DNA of 64,000 nucleotides from an uncultured Candidatus Saccharibacteria bacterium (GTDB lineage Bacteria; Patescibacteriota; Saccharimonadia; Saccharimonadales; 2-12-FULL-41-12): NCBI GenBank assembly GCA_964404795.1, contig CAYOLI010000001.1, positions 17,059 to 81,058 of the forward strand, read 5' to 3'. Shown piece by piece: positions 34,547 to 44,702 of this stretch (position 1 is its first letter; each line of letters starts with the position of its first letter). The notes under the pieces were generated by a model. It saw only the letters and a program-made list of their open reading frames with translations, ran no database searches and was not told where the DNA came from. The position numbers and the translations under genes were made by a program.

Positions 34547-36496
34547 ATGTATGAAAGCAATTCTGCAAGCCCCTCCACTCAAAAAAGATATTTAGATCCT
34601 CCGAAATATCTAAAACAAATAGACAAAAACCTAATATATTTGTCTATACTCTCGATATTGCTAATCTCAGTATTTGCATATAGTACACTTTATTTTTGGC
34701 CTAAAACCATAAAATACTCCTACGCATCTGGGGCCTGTACAAATATCCCTACACTGCTACCTAACCTGCATTCTTACAAAGTACAAGAGAATTACACCCT
34801 GAATAATGATGCCTCTATAAAAATATTGAACCGACTGCTAATATCTAAAAAAACTTGTGTGAAAATGGTAAAGCCCATGGAAAAACAAGAGGCAGTAACT
34901 ATAAAAACTAACATCTTGAAGTTGCCAATTGGCCCAACGCTCAAAATAGTAGCGCCAGCACTGCCACAAACGAAAACAGACCAGCAAACAAGACCACTTG
35001 TAGCTGTCAACGATACTTTGCGCTACAAACTAGATCAAGTGGACAACACCTTTAGTTACCGTATTAGTAGTACCAACAAAGAAACTCTATGTGCTACAAG
35101 TAATGAATACCTAGAATGCCCACTCTCTCCCCTTAACCTAAGCCAAGGAGCACAATATCGTCTAAAAATAGTACGTAAACTGAACACATGGCAAGCTGGT
35201 ACCCTAACGAACCAAGAGATTCAAACCGTCTCTCCATTGACTGTTACAAACTCCTCGATTGTCAACAATGCTACCGTTCTTGATACACCGAAACAGATTG
35301 TTGTTACGCTCGACAAACAAATAGACAAAATTGGCAGAGTTAAACTGATTAGCGCAAACACAGAGATACCAATAAACGTAGCAAAAGACGGTAATAAACT
35401 ATTTATTGACTTTAAATCTCCCTTGCCACGTGGTACCCAGTTTGAGATGTTGGTTGATGGTGCGACGGCAACTGATCATAGTTATTTGATTGACACTTAC
35501 AAAACTAGGTTTACAACCTCAAACGGGCCAAAAGTAACTTCTGTAAATATCGGTCAAAACAAAATAGATACAAACCCGACTATTCGCCTAACGTTTGACA
35601 TGCCGATTCAACAAAACAATATTCAAAATTTTATTAGCTTAAGCAACAATCAAATAAATGCAGTATCCACCACGCCCAACTCAGTTACCTTTCGTTTGGC
35701 ACGTCCACTAAACTTGTGTGAACAACTCACTATCAACATTAGTGATAAACTTGAAAACATTTATGGTGTTAATGGCAAAAATGCCTGGTCTTACAGTAGT
35801 CGAGCTATATGTGGCACCAGCTTTTCTATCGGAAATTCAGTCGAGGGCAGACCGATAACTGCCTGGCAATTTGGTTCTGGCACAAGTACCGTGCTGTATG
35901 TTGGTGCAACACACGGCAACGAATTAAGTTCTAAAATCATATTGGATGCTTGGATAAATTATTTGCAGACCAATGCCCATAGATTGCCTGCCAATCGCAA
36001 AATTGTGATTATTCCAGTTGTAAACCCAGATGGCGTTGCACGTGGTAGCCGGCTGAACGCGAATAATGTAGACCTAAATCGTAACTTTCCTGCAAACAAC
36101 TGGAAGCCAGACATTACAATACCTGGCGGCCAATTGGTAATTAACGGTGGTGGAACATCATCGCTTTCCGAGCCAGAGGCGGCACTGCTGGCTAGCTTTA
36201 CGCAAGGGCTAAGCCCAAGAGCAGTACTAACCTATCATTCACAAGCATCACTCATCACGGCCAACGAGTCGGGAGATTCGATGGGGCTTGCCAGTACTTA
36301 TGGTAGTATGGCGCGCTACCGATCGATTGGTGAAAGCAACCTAGGCAACACCTTTAACTATGACACGACAGGAGCATACGAAAATTGGCTACACGATAAA
36401 CTAGGAATACCGACTTTGCTAATCGAGCTGCCCAATCACACCTCGCAGTTTTTTGGAACAAACCAATCTGCCATGTGGTTTATGGCCAATCTATAG
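34547..36496 (+). CDS. membrane-anchored protein with Ig-like region and C-terminal M14 zinc carboxypeptidase domain (MpaA/gamma-D-Glu-Dap peptidase-like)
   Basis: N-terminal TM helix; C-terminal GATHGNE (HxxE zinc ligands), VVNPDG, DLNRNF, M14 hallmark motifs; 649 aa. Confidence 0.6.
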   Translation: MYESNSASPSTQKRYLDPPKYLKQIDKNLIYLSILSILLISVFAYSTLYFWPKTIKYSYASGACTNIPTLLPNLHSYKVQENYTLNNDASIKILNRLLISKKTCVKMVKPMEKQEAVTIKTNILKLPIGPTLKIVAPALPQTKTDQQTRPLVAVNDTLRYKLDQVDNTFSYRISSTNKETLCATSNEYLECPLSPLNLSQGAQYRLKIVRKLNTWQAGTLTNQEIQTVSPLTVTNSSIVNNATVLDTPKQIVVTLDKQIDKIGRVKLISANTEIPINVAKDGNKLFIDFKSPLPRGTQFEMLVDGATATDHSYLIDTYKTRFTTSNGPKVTSVNIGQNKIDTNPTIRLTFDMPIQQNNIQNFISLSNNQINAVSTTPNSVTFRLARPLNLCEQLTINISDKLENIYGVNGKNAWSYSSRAICGTSFSIGNSVEGRPITAWQFGSGTSTVLYVGATHGNELSSKIILDAWINYLQTNAHRLPANRKIVIIPVVNPDGVARGSRLNANNVDLNRNFPANNWKPDITIPGGQLVINGGGTSSLSEPEAALLASFTQGLSPRAVLTYHSQASLITANESGDSMGLASTYGSMARYRSIGESNLGNTFNYDTTGAYENWLHDKLGIPTLLIELPNHTSQFFGTNQSAMWFMANL

Positions 36497-36519
36497 CACT
36501 CTTGGTAAAATAACAGCTA

Positions 36520-37599
36520 GTGAGTTTATCAATTGGAATTGTCGGGTTGCCAAATGTCGGCAAATCCACCCTTTTTAATGCATTAACCGGCAACAATATT
36601 TTGGCGGCTAATTACCCTTTTGCGACAATCGAGCCAAACACAGGGGTTGTAGGCGTCCCAGATGAACGCTTGCAAAAACTAGCTGAGATTTATAACACAC
36701 AAAAAATTATACCTGCAAGCGTAACCTTCGTAGATATTGCTGGACTTGTTAGCGGAGCCAGCAAAGGCGAAGGCCTAGGAAACCAGTTTTTAGGACACAT
36801 TAGAAGTTGCAATGCTATTTGTCACGTAGTGCGGGCTTTTTCGGACAATGATGTTGTTCATGTAGATAAATTGGCAGACCCCAAAAAGGACATAGAGGTA
36901 ATAAATACAGAGCTACTACTTGCAGATCTGCAAACTGTTCAGAAACGCCTTCCACTATTAGAAAAAGAGGTTAGAACCAACAAAAAACTCCAACCTGTTT
37001 TAGATGAAGTTGCTAAAATAAAAAATTTGCTCGAGCAAGGCATCTTGCTCTCTCAGGGCAAAGAATCGATTGATTTTGAACTAGTTAAGGATCTACATTT
37101 AATAACTGCAAAACCAATGATTTATTTGTTTAATGTCGACGAAAAAGTACTAACAGACGAACAAAAACAAACGGAGTTAACACAATTGGTTACGCCAGCA
37201 AATTGCTTGTTTGTCTGCGCAAAACTAGAAAACGAGCTACAGGGGCTAGACGAGACAGACGCCAGAGAGCTCCTTGAAAGCTACGGAGTGAAAGAGTCCG
37301 GTATTGGACAACTAGCAAAAATAGCTTATAAAACACTTGACCTGCAGAGCTTTTTAACGGCAGGACCCAAAGAAGTTCGCGCCTGGACTATCAGACAGGG
37401 ATCAAGTGCTCCAGAAGCTGCTGGCGTTATACACGGGGATTTTGAGCGTGGTTTTATATCTGCGCAGGTTGTTGATTATAACGATTTGATAACTGCCGGT
37501 TCCTGGCTAGCGGCAAAAAATAATGGCAAAGTTAGGGTTGAAGGCAAGGACTACATTATGCAGTCAGATGATGTAGTCGAATTTAGATTTAATGTATAG
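36520..37599 (+). CDS. ychF: ribosome-binding ATPase YchF (Obg family)
   Basis: G1 [19 protein letters not shown]-terminal TGS domain; 359 aa. Confidence 0.9.
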   Translation: MSLSIGIVGLPNVGKSTLFNALTGNNILAANYPFATIEPNTGVVGVPDERLQKLAEIYNTQKIIPASVTFVDIAGLVSGASKGEGLGNQFLGHIRSCNAICHVVRAFSDNDVVHVDKLADPKKDIEVINTELLLADLQTVQKRLPLLEKEVRTNKKLQPVLDEVAKIKNLLEQGILLSQGKESIDFELVKDLHLITAKPMIYLFNVDEKVLTDEQKQTELTQLVTPANCLFVCAKLENELQGLDETDARELLESYGVKESGIGQLAKIAYKTLDLQSFLTAGPKEVRAWTIRQGSSAPEAAGVIHGDFERGFISAQVVDYNDLITAGSWLAAKNNGKVRVEGKDYIMQSDDVVEFRFNV

Positions 37600-37603
37600 G
37601 AGT

Positions 37604-38533
37604 TTACTCGAGTCCAAGATGCTTCAACATAGCATCTTGACGCTCCTGCGTTGAGCCGTATTCTAAAATCACCCTTTTTGCTCGATTTGAATACATATCG
37701 ATATAGTCACTACTTAGAAATCTCTCGGCAATCTTATAGATGTACTGGTCTAAGACAGAACGCATGTATGCTTCTGCCTCTTCACAGGAAGCAAATCTTT
37801 TTACAAATGATGTAGCATGTTCTGGGTTCTTAGTTTTTTTGAGCTCATCTTTTAGGATTTGAACTGCCATGTCAGATACATATGGATCTAACAGCTTATG
37901 TAGTATAGTTTTTGATTCTTCGTCGAGATCGCTGTTATTGATCTCGTGCCGTGCACCTAAGGGGTCTTTTTCGCCTGTAACCCTTCCTGCAACTAGCCCT
38001 TCGGCCTTTATAAAAGCAGGGTCGTTCTGTAATTCTTCAACTCTGTCAACCTCCTCGTCATTGATCAATGTAACAAATTCCTCACCGTCCCAATACTCGA
38101 CATTTTGATATATATCCGACCCCTTGTATCGAACAACTACTTCGTTATCTATAAACTGCTCGCTTTGATCGTCTTCGTCGTCTTCGAACTCGATTCCGTA
38201 AACGTATTCGTATTCTCCTTCTTCACCATAAAATGCGGCAATTCTATCGATTACTCCTTGTTCGGCGGGCGGAAAGTCTTTCTCTTCTAAAGACATTATT
38301 AACAAACCAAGCCCCCTTCCCCATTTTTGTGCTTTCTCGACATCTTCTTCGGCCTCTATCCGACGTGAGTTAATGAATTCAACTATTTCAAAAGGTCTAA
38401 GACAAGATTGGCTCTCTGCAACCTGCACTAGAAAATCAAAATCCTCCGCCTCAATAGCGTCGCTAATGACATGGCGAAGCTCATCATTCTTGTTGAAACC
38501 ATCTGGTCTTTCGATAAAAATCTCTGGATTCAT
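37604..38533 (-). CDS. highly acidic hypothetical protein (309 aa)
   Basis: Asp/Glu-rich throughout (runs such as EFEDDEDDQSEQ); no motif recognised. Confidence 0.3.
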   Translation of the reverse strand: MNPEIFIERPDGFNKNDELRHVISDAIEAEDFDFLVQVAESQSCLRPFEIVEFINSRRIEAEEDVEKAQKWGRGLGLLIMSLEEKDFPPAEQGVIDRIAAFYGEEGEYEYVYGIEFEDDEDDQSEQFIDNEVVVRYKGSDIYQNVEYWDGEEFVTLINDEEVDRVEELQNDPAFIKAEGLVAGRVTGEKDPLGARHEINNSDLDEESKTILHKLLDPYVSDMAVQILKDELKKTKNPEHATSFVKRFASCEEAEAYMRSVLDQYIYKIAERFLSSDYIDMYSNRAKRVILEYGSTQERQDAMLKHLGLE

Positions 38534-38643
38534 TCATTATATTAATACATGTTATTAGTTTATAGTCAATATAACGTTTTCTAAATTTATAGTAACTTTA
38601 TATTGTAAAGTTACCCGACCTGCCCTATAATACTGCGTGATAG

Positions 38644-39396
38644 ATGAATGCGTTAGTCGTTAATAAACTAGAAAAAACATATAACGACGGCAAAGTAAAA
38701 GCTCTCAAAGGTGTTAGCTTAGAAGTTGCCGAGGGCTCTTTTTATGGGTTACTTGGACCAAACGGAGCCGGTAAATCAACTCTGATCCATAGCATTACTG
38801 GGCTTGTTCTTCCTACTGGTGGGAATACTACCGTTTTTGGCAAAGATGCGGTCGCGTCTTATCAGGATGCAAGAAAACTGGTTGGCTTTGCCCCACAAGA
38901 AATTAATTTGGATCGATTTTTGACAGTTGAGGGAACATTGGATTATCACGGCCGATATTTTGGTATGCAAAAAGAAGACAGAAAAAAGCAAGTCGAAAAA
39001 CTGCTTAAAATATTCTCGCTAACCAGTAAAAAAAATACCCTAACCTTTTCGCTATCAGGAGGTATGAAGCGACGAGTAGTAATCGCTAGAGCGCTTATGC
39101 ATAAACCAAAGCTATTGATACTAGACGAACCAACAGCGGGAGTAGATGTAGAGCTTAGGCACGAACTCTGGGAATACATGACCAAACTCAACAAAGAAGG
39201 TACAACAATTTTACTAACAACGCATTATATTGAAGAGGCCGAAAAGCTGTGCGATAAAATATCGTTAATAAACCACGGCCGACTCATTAAAACGGGTACT
39301 GTGGAGGAACTAAAAAAGATTTACAAAAAAAAGACGCTAGAAGATGTTTACCTAGAGGCAATTCATAATAAAAACACTAAATCGGAGAACAAATAA
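38644..39396 (+). CDS. ABC transporter ATP-binding protein
   Basis: Walker A GPNGAGKST, signature LSGGMKRR, Walker B LLILDEPT. Confidence 0.85.
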   Translation: MNALVVNKLEKTYNDGKVKALKGVSLEVAEGSFYGLLGPNGAGKSTLIHSITGLVLPTGGNTTVFGKDAVASYQDARKLVGFAPQEINLDRFLTVEGTLDYHGRYFGMQKEDRKKQVEKLLKIFSLTSKKNTLTFSLSGGMKRRVVIARALMHKPKLLILDEPTAGVDVELRHELWEYMTKLNKEGTTILLTTHYIEEAEKLCDKISLINHGRLIKTGTVEELKKIYKKKTLEDVYLEAIHNKNTKSENK

Positions 39397-40154
39397 TGGT
39401 TGGTTGGCTGGGCATATTAAGGCGCGAACTAGAACGCATTTGGGTTATCAAGCGCCAAACTATTGGTGCTCCCCTGCTAGAAACTTTTCTGTATATAAGC
39501 GTGTTTGGAGCTGCACTTGGCAGCCGTATAAATAACCTAGGCGGAGTATCCTACATTGTTTTCATCATCCCTGGACTTGCCATGATGGCGATGGCCATGA
39601 ACGCTTTTTCTAATAATTCATCCAGTTTGTTGCAACAAAAAATGATGAGAGCAATTGACGACCAACTAACTTCACCAGTGTCTCACGGGGGGCTATTGGC
39701 TGCATTTACTATAGGCGGGCTAGTTCGTGGTGGAATAATTTCGGCTCTGACACTGTTAACAGCTGGTTTGCTGGTAGACGATCTACCATTCGCTCATCCG
39801 ATTTTGTTAGTTATTAGCTTTGCAGTTATTGGACTGTTTTTCGCATCGTTCGGGGTATTCATCGGCTTGCGAGCTAAAATGTTTGACAATCTTAGCTTGT
39901 ACCAAACATTCGTTATACAACCTCTAATCTTTTTGGGTGGGGTGTTTTACTCAACATCGTTGTTGCACGGCATTTTCAAAACCCTGACCGAAATAAACCC
40001 AATCTATTATATGATTAACACCGTTCGATATTCGATGTTGGGTCACGCAGACGTTAATCCGGCAATTGCCTTGCCAGTAATTTCAATTGTTACAATTGGC
40101 TTAGTAGCGCTAAATTATCACCTCTTTAAAAAGGGATATAACCTACGTTCCTAA
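39396..40154 (+). CDS. ABC-2 type transporter permease
   Basis: Six TM helices, start overlaps stop of ATPase gene (ATGa). Confidence 0.7.
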   Translation: MVGWLGILRRELERIWVIKRQTIGAPLLETFLYISVFGAALGSRINNLGGVSYIVFIIPGLAMMAMAMNAFSNNSSSLLQQKMMRAIDDQLTSPVSHGGLLAAFTIGGLVRGGIISALTLLTAGLLVDDLPFAHPILLVISFAVIGLFFASFGVFIGLRAKMFDNLSLYQTFVIQPLIFLGGVFYSTSLLHGIFKTLTEINPIYYMINTVRYSMLGHADVNPAIALPVISIVTIGLVALNYHLFKKGYNLRS

Positions 40155-41083
40155 GGGTTAAGTTCTTCTTCGACAACTCTGGTAATCTGAGCTATCTGAC
40201 TAAAGTTGCCACCTTCGCTCATCACAACTAGTACGTATGACCTCTGTCCATGTGTGATGATACCGGCGTCGTGAGTCACTTTTTCGGTTTGACCAGTTTT
40301 ATTGGCCGTTCGACAGTTCGAGCAACCAGACGGTAGTCCATCGGTAAATTTTTGTGCATAAAGTGCATCAAATACCATCCGTCGAGCTTTGTCGCTAAGC
40401 AATTTGCCTCTTTTTAGGTTAATCAGCAAATCACCAACCTCACTCGCGGTCGTTTGTGGTACACCACTTACTGTTGTTTTGTTATATCCCAATCCCTTGT
40501 TGAACTGATCGACATAATTCCAATTTGCAATATATGCTATAGATTTGGCGCAATCATTATCGGAAATGCGCAACATCAAGTTAACACAGTCCTTGATATT
40601 TGTATTCCCGATATGGTACGACCACTTATCAGCAGACATCTTACTCTCTAAAGGAGCAAGCAAAAATAACTTGTATAAACTAGCGGATTCATAGGGGCGA
40701 TCGGCATTAACGTTAGCTGCCCTATTCGACTCTAAATCTTGAACATAAACTGACCATTTCTGCTCTTTTGGAAATGTCGCAACTACTTTACTAATGCTTC
40801 GCTCAAGTGCTTTGTCTTGTTTTGGTAAGTCACTGATTGTCGGTATAGAAGCATCTGTTTTTTGGGCATTAACCTGAGGTGAGATTGCCTCAACAGCTTG
40901 ATGTCTTATAGTGGTAGAAGCAATAATTGGTACAATTTGAGTTTTTATGCCAAAAACACTCAGCCCAATTAGAGCAATTGACGTAACAATGTTTCTAAAT
41001 TTATGACTTTTTTTGGCAGTAGCACCGTACTGGTGGTGAAAGTGACTAATCCCACTGCGGATAGGACCAATATTTTTCCTCAT
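40151..41083 (-). CDS. membrane-anchored class-A beta-lactamase-fold serine hydrolase (penicillin-binding-protein-like)
   Basis: S-x-x-K (SLYK), SDN (RISDNDC) and KTG (NKTGQT) triad motifs; N-terminal TM anchor. Confidence 0.6.
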   Translation of the reverse strand: MRKNIGPIRSGISHFHHQYGATAKKSHKFRNIVTSIALIGLSVFGIKTQIVPIIASTTIRHQAVEAISPQVNAQKTDASIPTISDLPKQDKALERSISKVVATFPKEQKWSVYVQDLESNRAANVNADRPYESASLYKLFLLAPLESKMSADKWSYHIGNTNIKDCVNLMLRISDNDCAKSIAYIANWNYVDQFNKGLGYNKTTVSGVPQTTASEVGDLLINLKRGKLLSDKARRMVFDALYAQKFTDGLPSGCSNCRTANKTGQTEKVTHDAGIITHGQRSYVLVVMSEGGNFSQIAQITRVVEEELNP

Positions 41084-41240
41084 GTTTTTGTCTCTTTTTG
41101 TTAGTGTTCAATTTTATTTTTGCTTACATTTTTATCTGTTAGCTATGGTCGAACTTTAGCATAGCCACTATAATCGTGCAACTATATTTTATTCAATTCT
41201 TAATAAAAATGCGTTAAATTAAGCGAACACAAATTGACAA

Positions 41241-41903
41241 CTAATATTGCCAGGTGAATACAGAATTTTTTATTATCTCAACTGCCTGTTTGTGGCTAGG
41301 TATAATATTCTCCTCGTAATAGTGGTCGGTGTCTAAATAATCTTCGATTACTCCTAGACAAAATATTTGATCAGCATTTAAATGCATATAATCAACAACT
41401 GGAATTGTTGCAATTGGGGTGACGATAACTATCTTTCGAGTATCCACAGGTTTGATAAAATCTACAACAACTTCGAGTATCAACGAGCTTTTTAACCCAT
41501 CTGCTACCAAAATGACTTCGTGCCTATTTAGCAGTTTTTTATTTACTGAACCCTCCCTGCCTACAATACGATTTAATTTCTGAAAGGCCTTAAACCTTTC
41601 CTGGTCTATTATTGGTCTGTAGTCGGCTTGCATCGCTTCTAGGTGTCCTTTTGAGTAAGCACTGCTAAAAACAAAGTTTCCACCAGTAGATGCGATACCT
41701 GCAGTCCCCTCTCCTGGGATATCAACATTCTCTGTTTCTATCATATAAAGTGGTGCATGCAAACCCCTAGCAATCTCTGATGCCACCAACACTGAGCCCG
41801 CGCTGACCGCCAAAACGGCTGGATTGAGGAAAAAATCTCCCTTGGTCTTCATCTTTTCAACCAACAGCCGACCCGCTTCACTACGATTACTAAAATACCT
41901 CAC
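41241..41903 (-). CDS. predicted phosphoribosyltransferase (COG1926-like type I PRTase)
   Basis: N-terminal MRYFSNRSEAGRLL and PRPP-binding VILVADGLKSS motif. Confidence 0.5.
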   Translation of the reverse strand: MRYFSNRSEAGRLLVEKMKTKGDFFLNPAVLAVSAGSVLVASEIARGLHAPLYMIETENVDIPGEGTAGIASTGGNFVFSSAYSKGHLEAMQADYRPIIDQERFKAFQKLNRIVGREGSVNKKLLNRHEVILVADGLKSSLILEVVVDFIKPVDTRKIVIVTPIATIPVVDYMHLNADQIFCLGVIEDYLDTDHYYEENIIPSHKQAVEIIKNSVFTWQY

Positions 41904-41936
41904 CTTAATAGCTATTCTAGCACAAGCATTAATTTG

Positions 41937-42653
41937 CTAAGAAAGCATCTGCAAGAGATAAAAGCGCTCCAAATTACCTTTTTCTCCAGCTATTTTGCTA
42001 TCTTGCTTATCAACAATTTTGAACGATTTTTTTGCCCATGCCTCGAACTCAGACGTAATAGCCCTACGCAATTTTTCATTTTTTATAACACCTTTGTGCT
42101 TTAGATCGGCGCCAACTTCGAATTGTGGCTTTAGTAACATAACTATTTGGACATTTTTCTTAAGTATCTTACTAAGATGAACCAAAACTTCTCGTACAGA
42201 GATAAAACTTACGTCTACTAAAACAATATCAATCGTGTCGTCTAGCTTACCAATACTTCTTATGTCAGTTTGTTCATGAAGTTCTATTTGCTTGTTATCT
42301 CTCAGAGTTGGGTGCAGTTGGTTAGTCCCAACGTCGACAGCTATTATTTTTTTGGCCCCAAACTGCAAAGCGTAATCACTAAAACCACCGGTGCTACTAC
42401 CTACATCAAGAACGACTTTTCCTTTAAAATTTACTCTGAAGTGTTCGTTAGCAGATGCAAGTTTGATACCAGCTCTAGAAACATACTGTTGATCAACAAG
42501 CAGCTTAATATTGTCCGTTGGCTTTACAGACCAACCAGTTTTATTAATTACATTTTGGTTAACCTTAACCCTGCCCAACCGAATATAACTCTCGGCTTGG
42601 CTCCTAGATGAAACTAGCCCTCTAGCTAACAACTCCTTATCGAGACGTTTCAT
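41937..42653 (-). CDS. tlyA: TlyA-family rRNA 2'-O-methyltransferase (S4 + FtsJ-like domains)
   Basis: RLDKELLARGLVSSRSQAESYIRLGRVKVN S4 domain; VLDVGSSTGGFSDYALQFGA SAM motif. Confidence 0.8.
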   Translation of the reverse strand: MKRLDKELLARGLVSSRSQAESYIRLGRVKVNQNVINKTGWSVKPTDNIKLLVDQQYVSRAGIKLASANEHFRVNFKGKVVLDVGSSTGGFSDYALQFGAKKIIAVDVGTNQLHPTLRDNKQIELHEQTDIRSIGKLDDTIDIVLVDVSFISVREVLVHLSKILKKNVQIVMLLKPQFEVGADLKHKGVIKNEKLRRAITSEFEAWAKKSFKIVDKQDSKIAGEKGNLERFYLLQMLS

Positions 42654-42873
42654 TTAACTTGAGTTCATCAAGATAATACCGAACTGCTGCCTCCGATAGT
42701 CGCTTGCGAGCTAAAACAACCCTGTGTGGAGTTGTTAAATCTTCGGCTATTTCGTTGCTAGGCAAATTGGGCTGAATAAGTGTTTCTTGTACCAAGTCAA
42801 CATTGCTCATTGGCGACAAGCTCTCGCTCAATAGTTGGTCACTGGTCATAACTGGTTCATTTTTTTCGTTCAC
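42637..42873 (-). CDS. small hypothetical ORF between efp and tlyA
   Basis: 78 aa, overlaps both neighbours by about 17 nt; no motif; may be non-coding. Confidence 0.2.
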   Translation of the reverse strand: MNEKNEPVMTSDQLLSESLSPMSNVDLVQETLIQPNLPSNEIAEDLTTPHRVVLARKRLSEAAVRYYLDELKLNETSR

Positions 42874-43420
42874 GATACGCTCCTGAGCTTGTGTCTATAC
42901 TAATAACATCACCGGCTTTTATAAAAGCCGGGACTCTTACTATAGCACCTGTTTCAAGAGTTGCAAGCTTAGTTATCGCACTAGAAGTATCTCCCTTTAC
43001 GGCGTCCTCGGCATAGGTAACTTCGAGGTATACATTTTTGGGTAATTCAACATTAATAATCCTCTGGTTATAGCTTTGTGCCGTCACTTTGTCACCCTCT
43101 TTTAGGTAACTTGCGGGTTCTCCGACAATACTTTCTTCGATCTGATAAATTTCAAATGATTTTTCATCCATAAAAAAAAGCTTGTCGTCTTGTTTGTATA
43201 GATACTGTGCATTGACATTAGCAACATCTGCCTCAGAAATTAACTCGCTACCCTTAAAGGTTTTATCGAGAACTTTACCGTCTAGTAAGCTTTTTATCTT
43301 AACATTTACAATCGAGCCACCACGACCAAGCACCTTTTGACCATACTCAACAACCATGTACGGTACTCCGTCTAGCTCAAAAATAGTACCTTTTTTAAGG
43401 TCGGTTATACTAAGCGCCAC
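42857..43420 (-). CDS. efp: elongation factor P
   Basis: MALSITDLKKGTIFELDGVPYMVVEYGQKVLGRGGSIVNVKIK; 187 aa. Confidence 0.9.
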   Translation of the reverse strand: MALSITDLKKGTIFELDGVPYMVVEYGQKVLGRGGSIVNVKIKSLLDGKVLDKTFKGSELISEADVANVNAQYLYKQDDKLFFMDEKSFEIYQIEESIVGEPASYLKEGDKVTAQSYNQRIINVELPKNVYLEVTYAEDAVKGDTSSAITKLATLETGAIVRVPAFIKAGDVISIDTSSGAYRERKK

Positions 43421-43431
43421 TGACTAATGCC

Positions 43432-43635
43432 CTATCCTCTTGCTACAAATGGAAGCAGCGCCAAATGCCTTGCTCGTTTTATTGCAACAGCAAGGTGGCG
43501 TTGCTGGCTTTCACTCAAGCCCGTTTTTTTGCGAGTTTCTATTTGTCCATATTGGTTAACGTATCTTTGCAATGTTTTATAATCTTTGTGATCAAAAAAT
43601 GCAACGTCGGTTCGATATTTGAAAATCTTTGCCAT
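43432..43635 (-). CDS. rpsR: 30S ribosomal protein S18
   Basis: [24 protein letters not shown]...[13 protein letters not shown]. Confidence 0.9.
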   Translation of the reverse strand: MAKIFKYRTDVAFFDHKDYKTLQRYVNQYGQIETRKKTGLSESQQRHLAVAIKRARHLALLPFVARG

Positions 43636-43712
43636 TATTTCTATTTAAGGGTGGGAAATATCCTGATGCCCTTGTTTGTCCTTTCTTAATATATGATTAA
43701 CTATGTATTGAT

Positions 43713-44183
43713 TTAAAATGGTACGTCATCGAGATTAATCGGCTCGTCGCCTACATCTTCGATTACGGCATCTTTTTTCTTTTTGGGAGAGGGGTTCTCT
43801 TCTGCATTGTTCGTTGAGTTAGTGTCGTAACTAACACTCTCACCACCTTCACCACGCGAACCCAAAAAGGTAACATCTTGAGCTATTACTTCTAGCTTGC
43901 TTCTTTTTACTCCGTCTTGTTCCCAAGACCTGCTCTGCAAACGACCACTCACAAGTGCTGGACGGCCTTTTGTCAGATATTGAGCAACTCTCTCACCAAG
44001 CGGACCCCAGGCAACTATATCAACAAAATCTGTTGCTTCTTTCCATTCGCCGTCTTGACCTTTATAGCTTCGGTTGAGCGCTAAGCTAAAACTGGTAACA
44101 CTCTGCCCGCTCGGTATTTGGCGAAGTTCAGGATCTCTGGTTAGATTACCCATCAATGTTACTTGGTTAAAACTACGTGCCAT
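43713..44183 (-). CDS. ssb: single-stranded DNA-binding protein
   Basis: OB-fold MARSFNQVTLMGNLTRDPELR..., acidic C-terminal tip DDVPF. Confidence 0.9.
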   Translation of the reverse strand: MARSFNQVTLMGNLTRDPELRQIPSGQSVTSFSLALNRSYKGQDGEWKEATDFVDIVAWGPLGERVAQYLTKGRPALVSGRLQSRSWEQDGVKRSKLEVIAQDVTFLGSRGEGGESVSYDTNSTNNAEENPSPKKKKDAVIEDVGDEPINLDDVPF

Positions 44184-44232
44184 AATAACTCCCTATTACT
44201 TATCCTATCACTAAAAAATAGCTACTTTTATT

Positions 44233-44610
44233 TTACTCTTTATTTTCATCTTCGTCAGCTCGGTCACCTCGTTCAGCCATTTTTTGTGCCTTTTCGGCTC
44301 TTGCTTCCTCGGCTTTCGCAATTGCTTTGAGGTCTGGTCTTGTGATTAAGTAACGCAATACTTCGTCTGTAATATTCAGGGTTGATTCTACCTTTTGAAC
44401 TCCGCTGGCAGGCAACTCTACTGTATAAAAGACATATACTGCATGATCTTGCTTGGAAATTGTGTAAGCAAGCTTTCGCTTGCCCCAATTATCTTCTTTA
44501 ATTACCTTTCCACCATTATCGGTAATTAATTTTTTAACCTTGCCTTCTGCCTTAGACAGATCGACTTCTAGCTGTGGGTCATAAAGCACCGCAACTTCGT
44601 ACTGATTCAT
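44233..44610 (-). CDS. rpsF: 30S ribosomal protein S6
   Basis: MNQYEVAVLYDPQL...NWGKRKLAYTI; acidic C-terminus. Confidence 0.9.
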   Translation of the reverse strand: MNQYEVAVLYDPQLEVDLSKAEGKVKKLITDNGGKVIKEDNWGKRKLAYTISKQDHAVYVFYTVELPASGVQKVESTLNITDEVLRYLITRPDLKAIAKAEEARAEKAQKMAERGDRADEDENKE

Positions 44611-44702
44611 TCTCAGCTCCTTTGGTTATAGCTTACGCGCTCTAGCGGCCGCAAACTGGGCTAATATTGTAATAGATATTTTACTATTTAATTAATAAAA
44701 CA

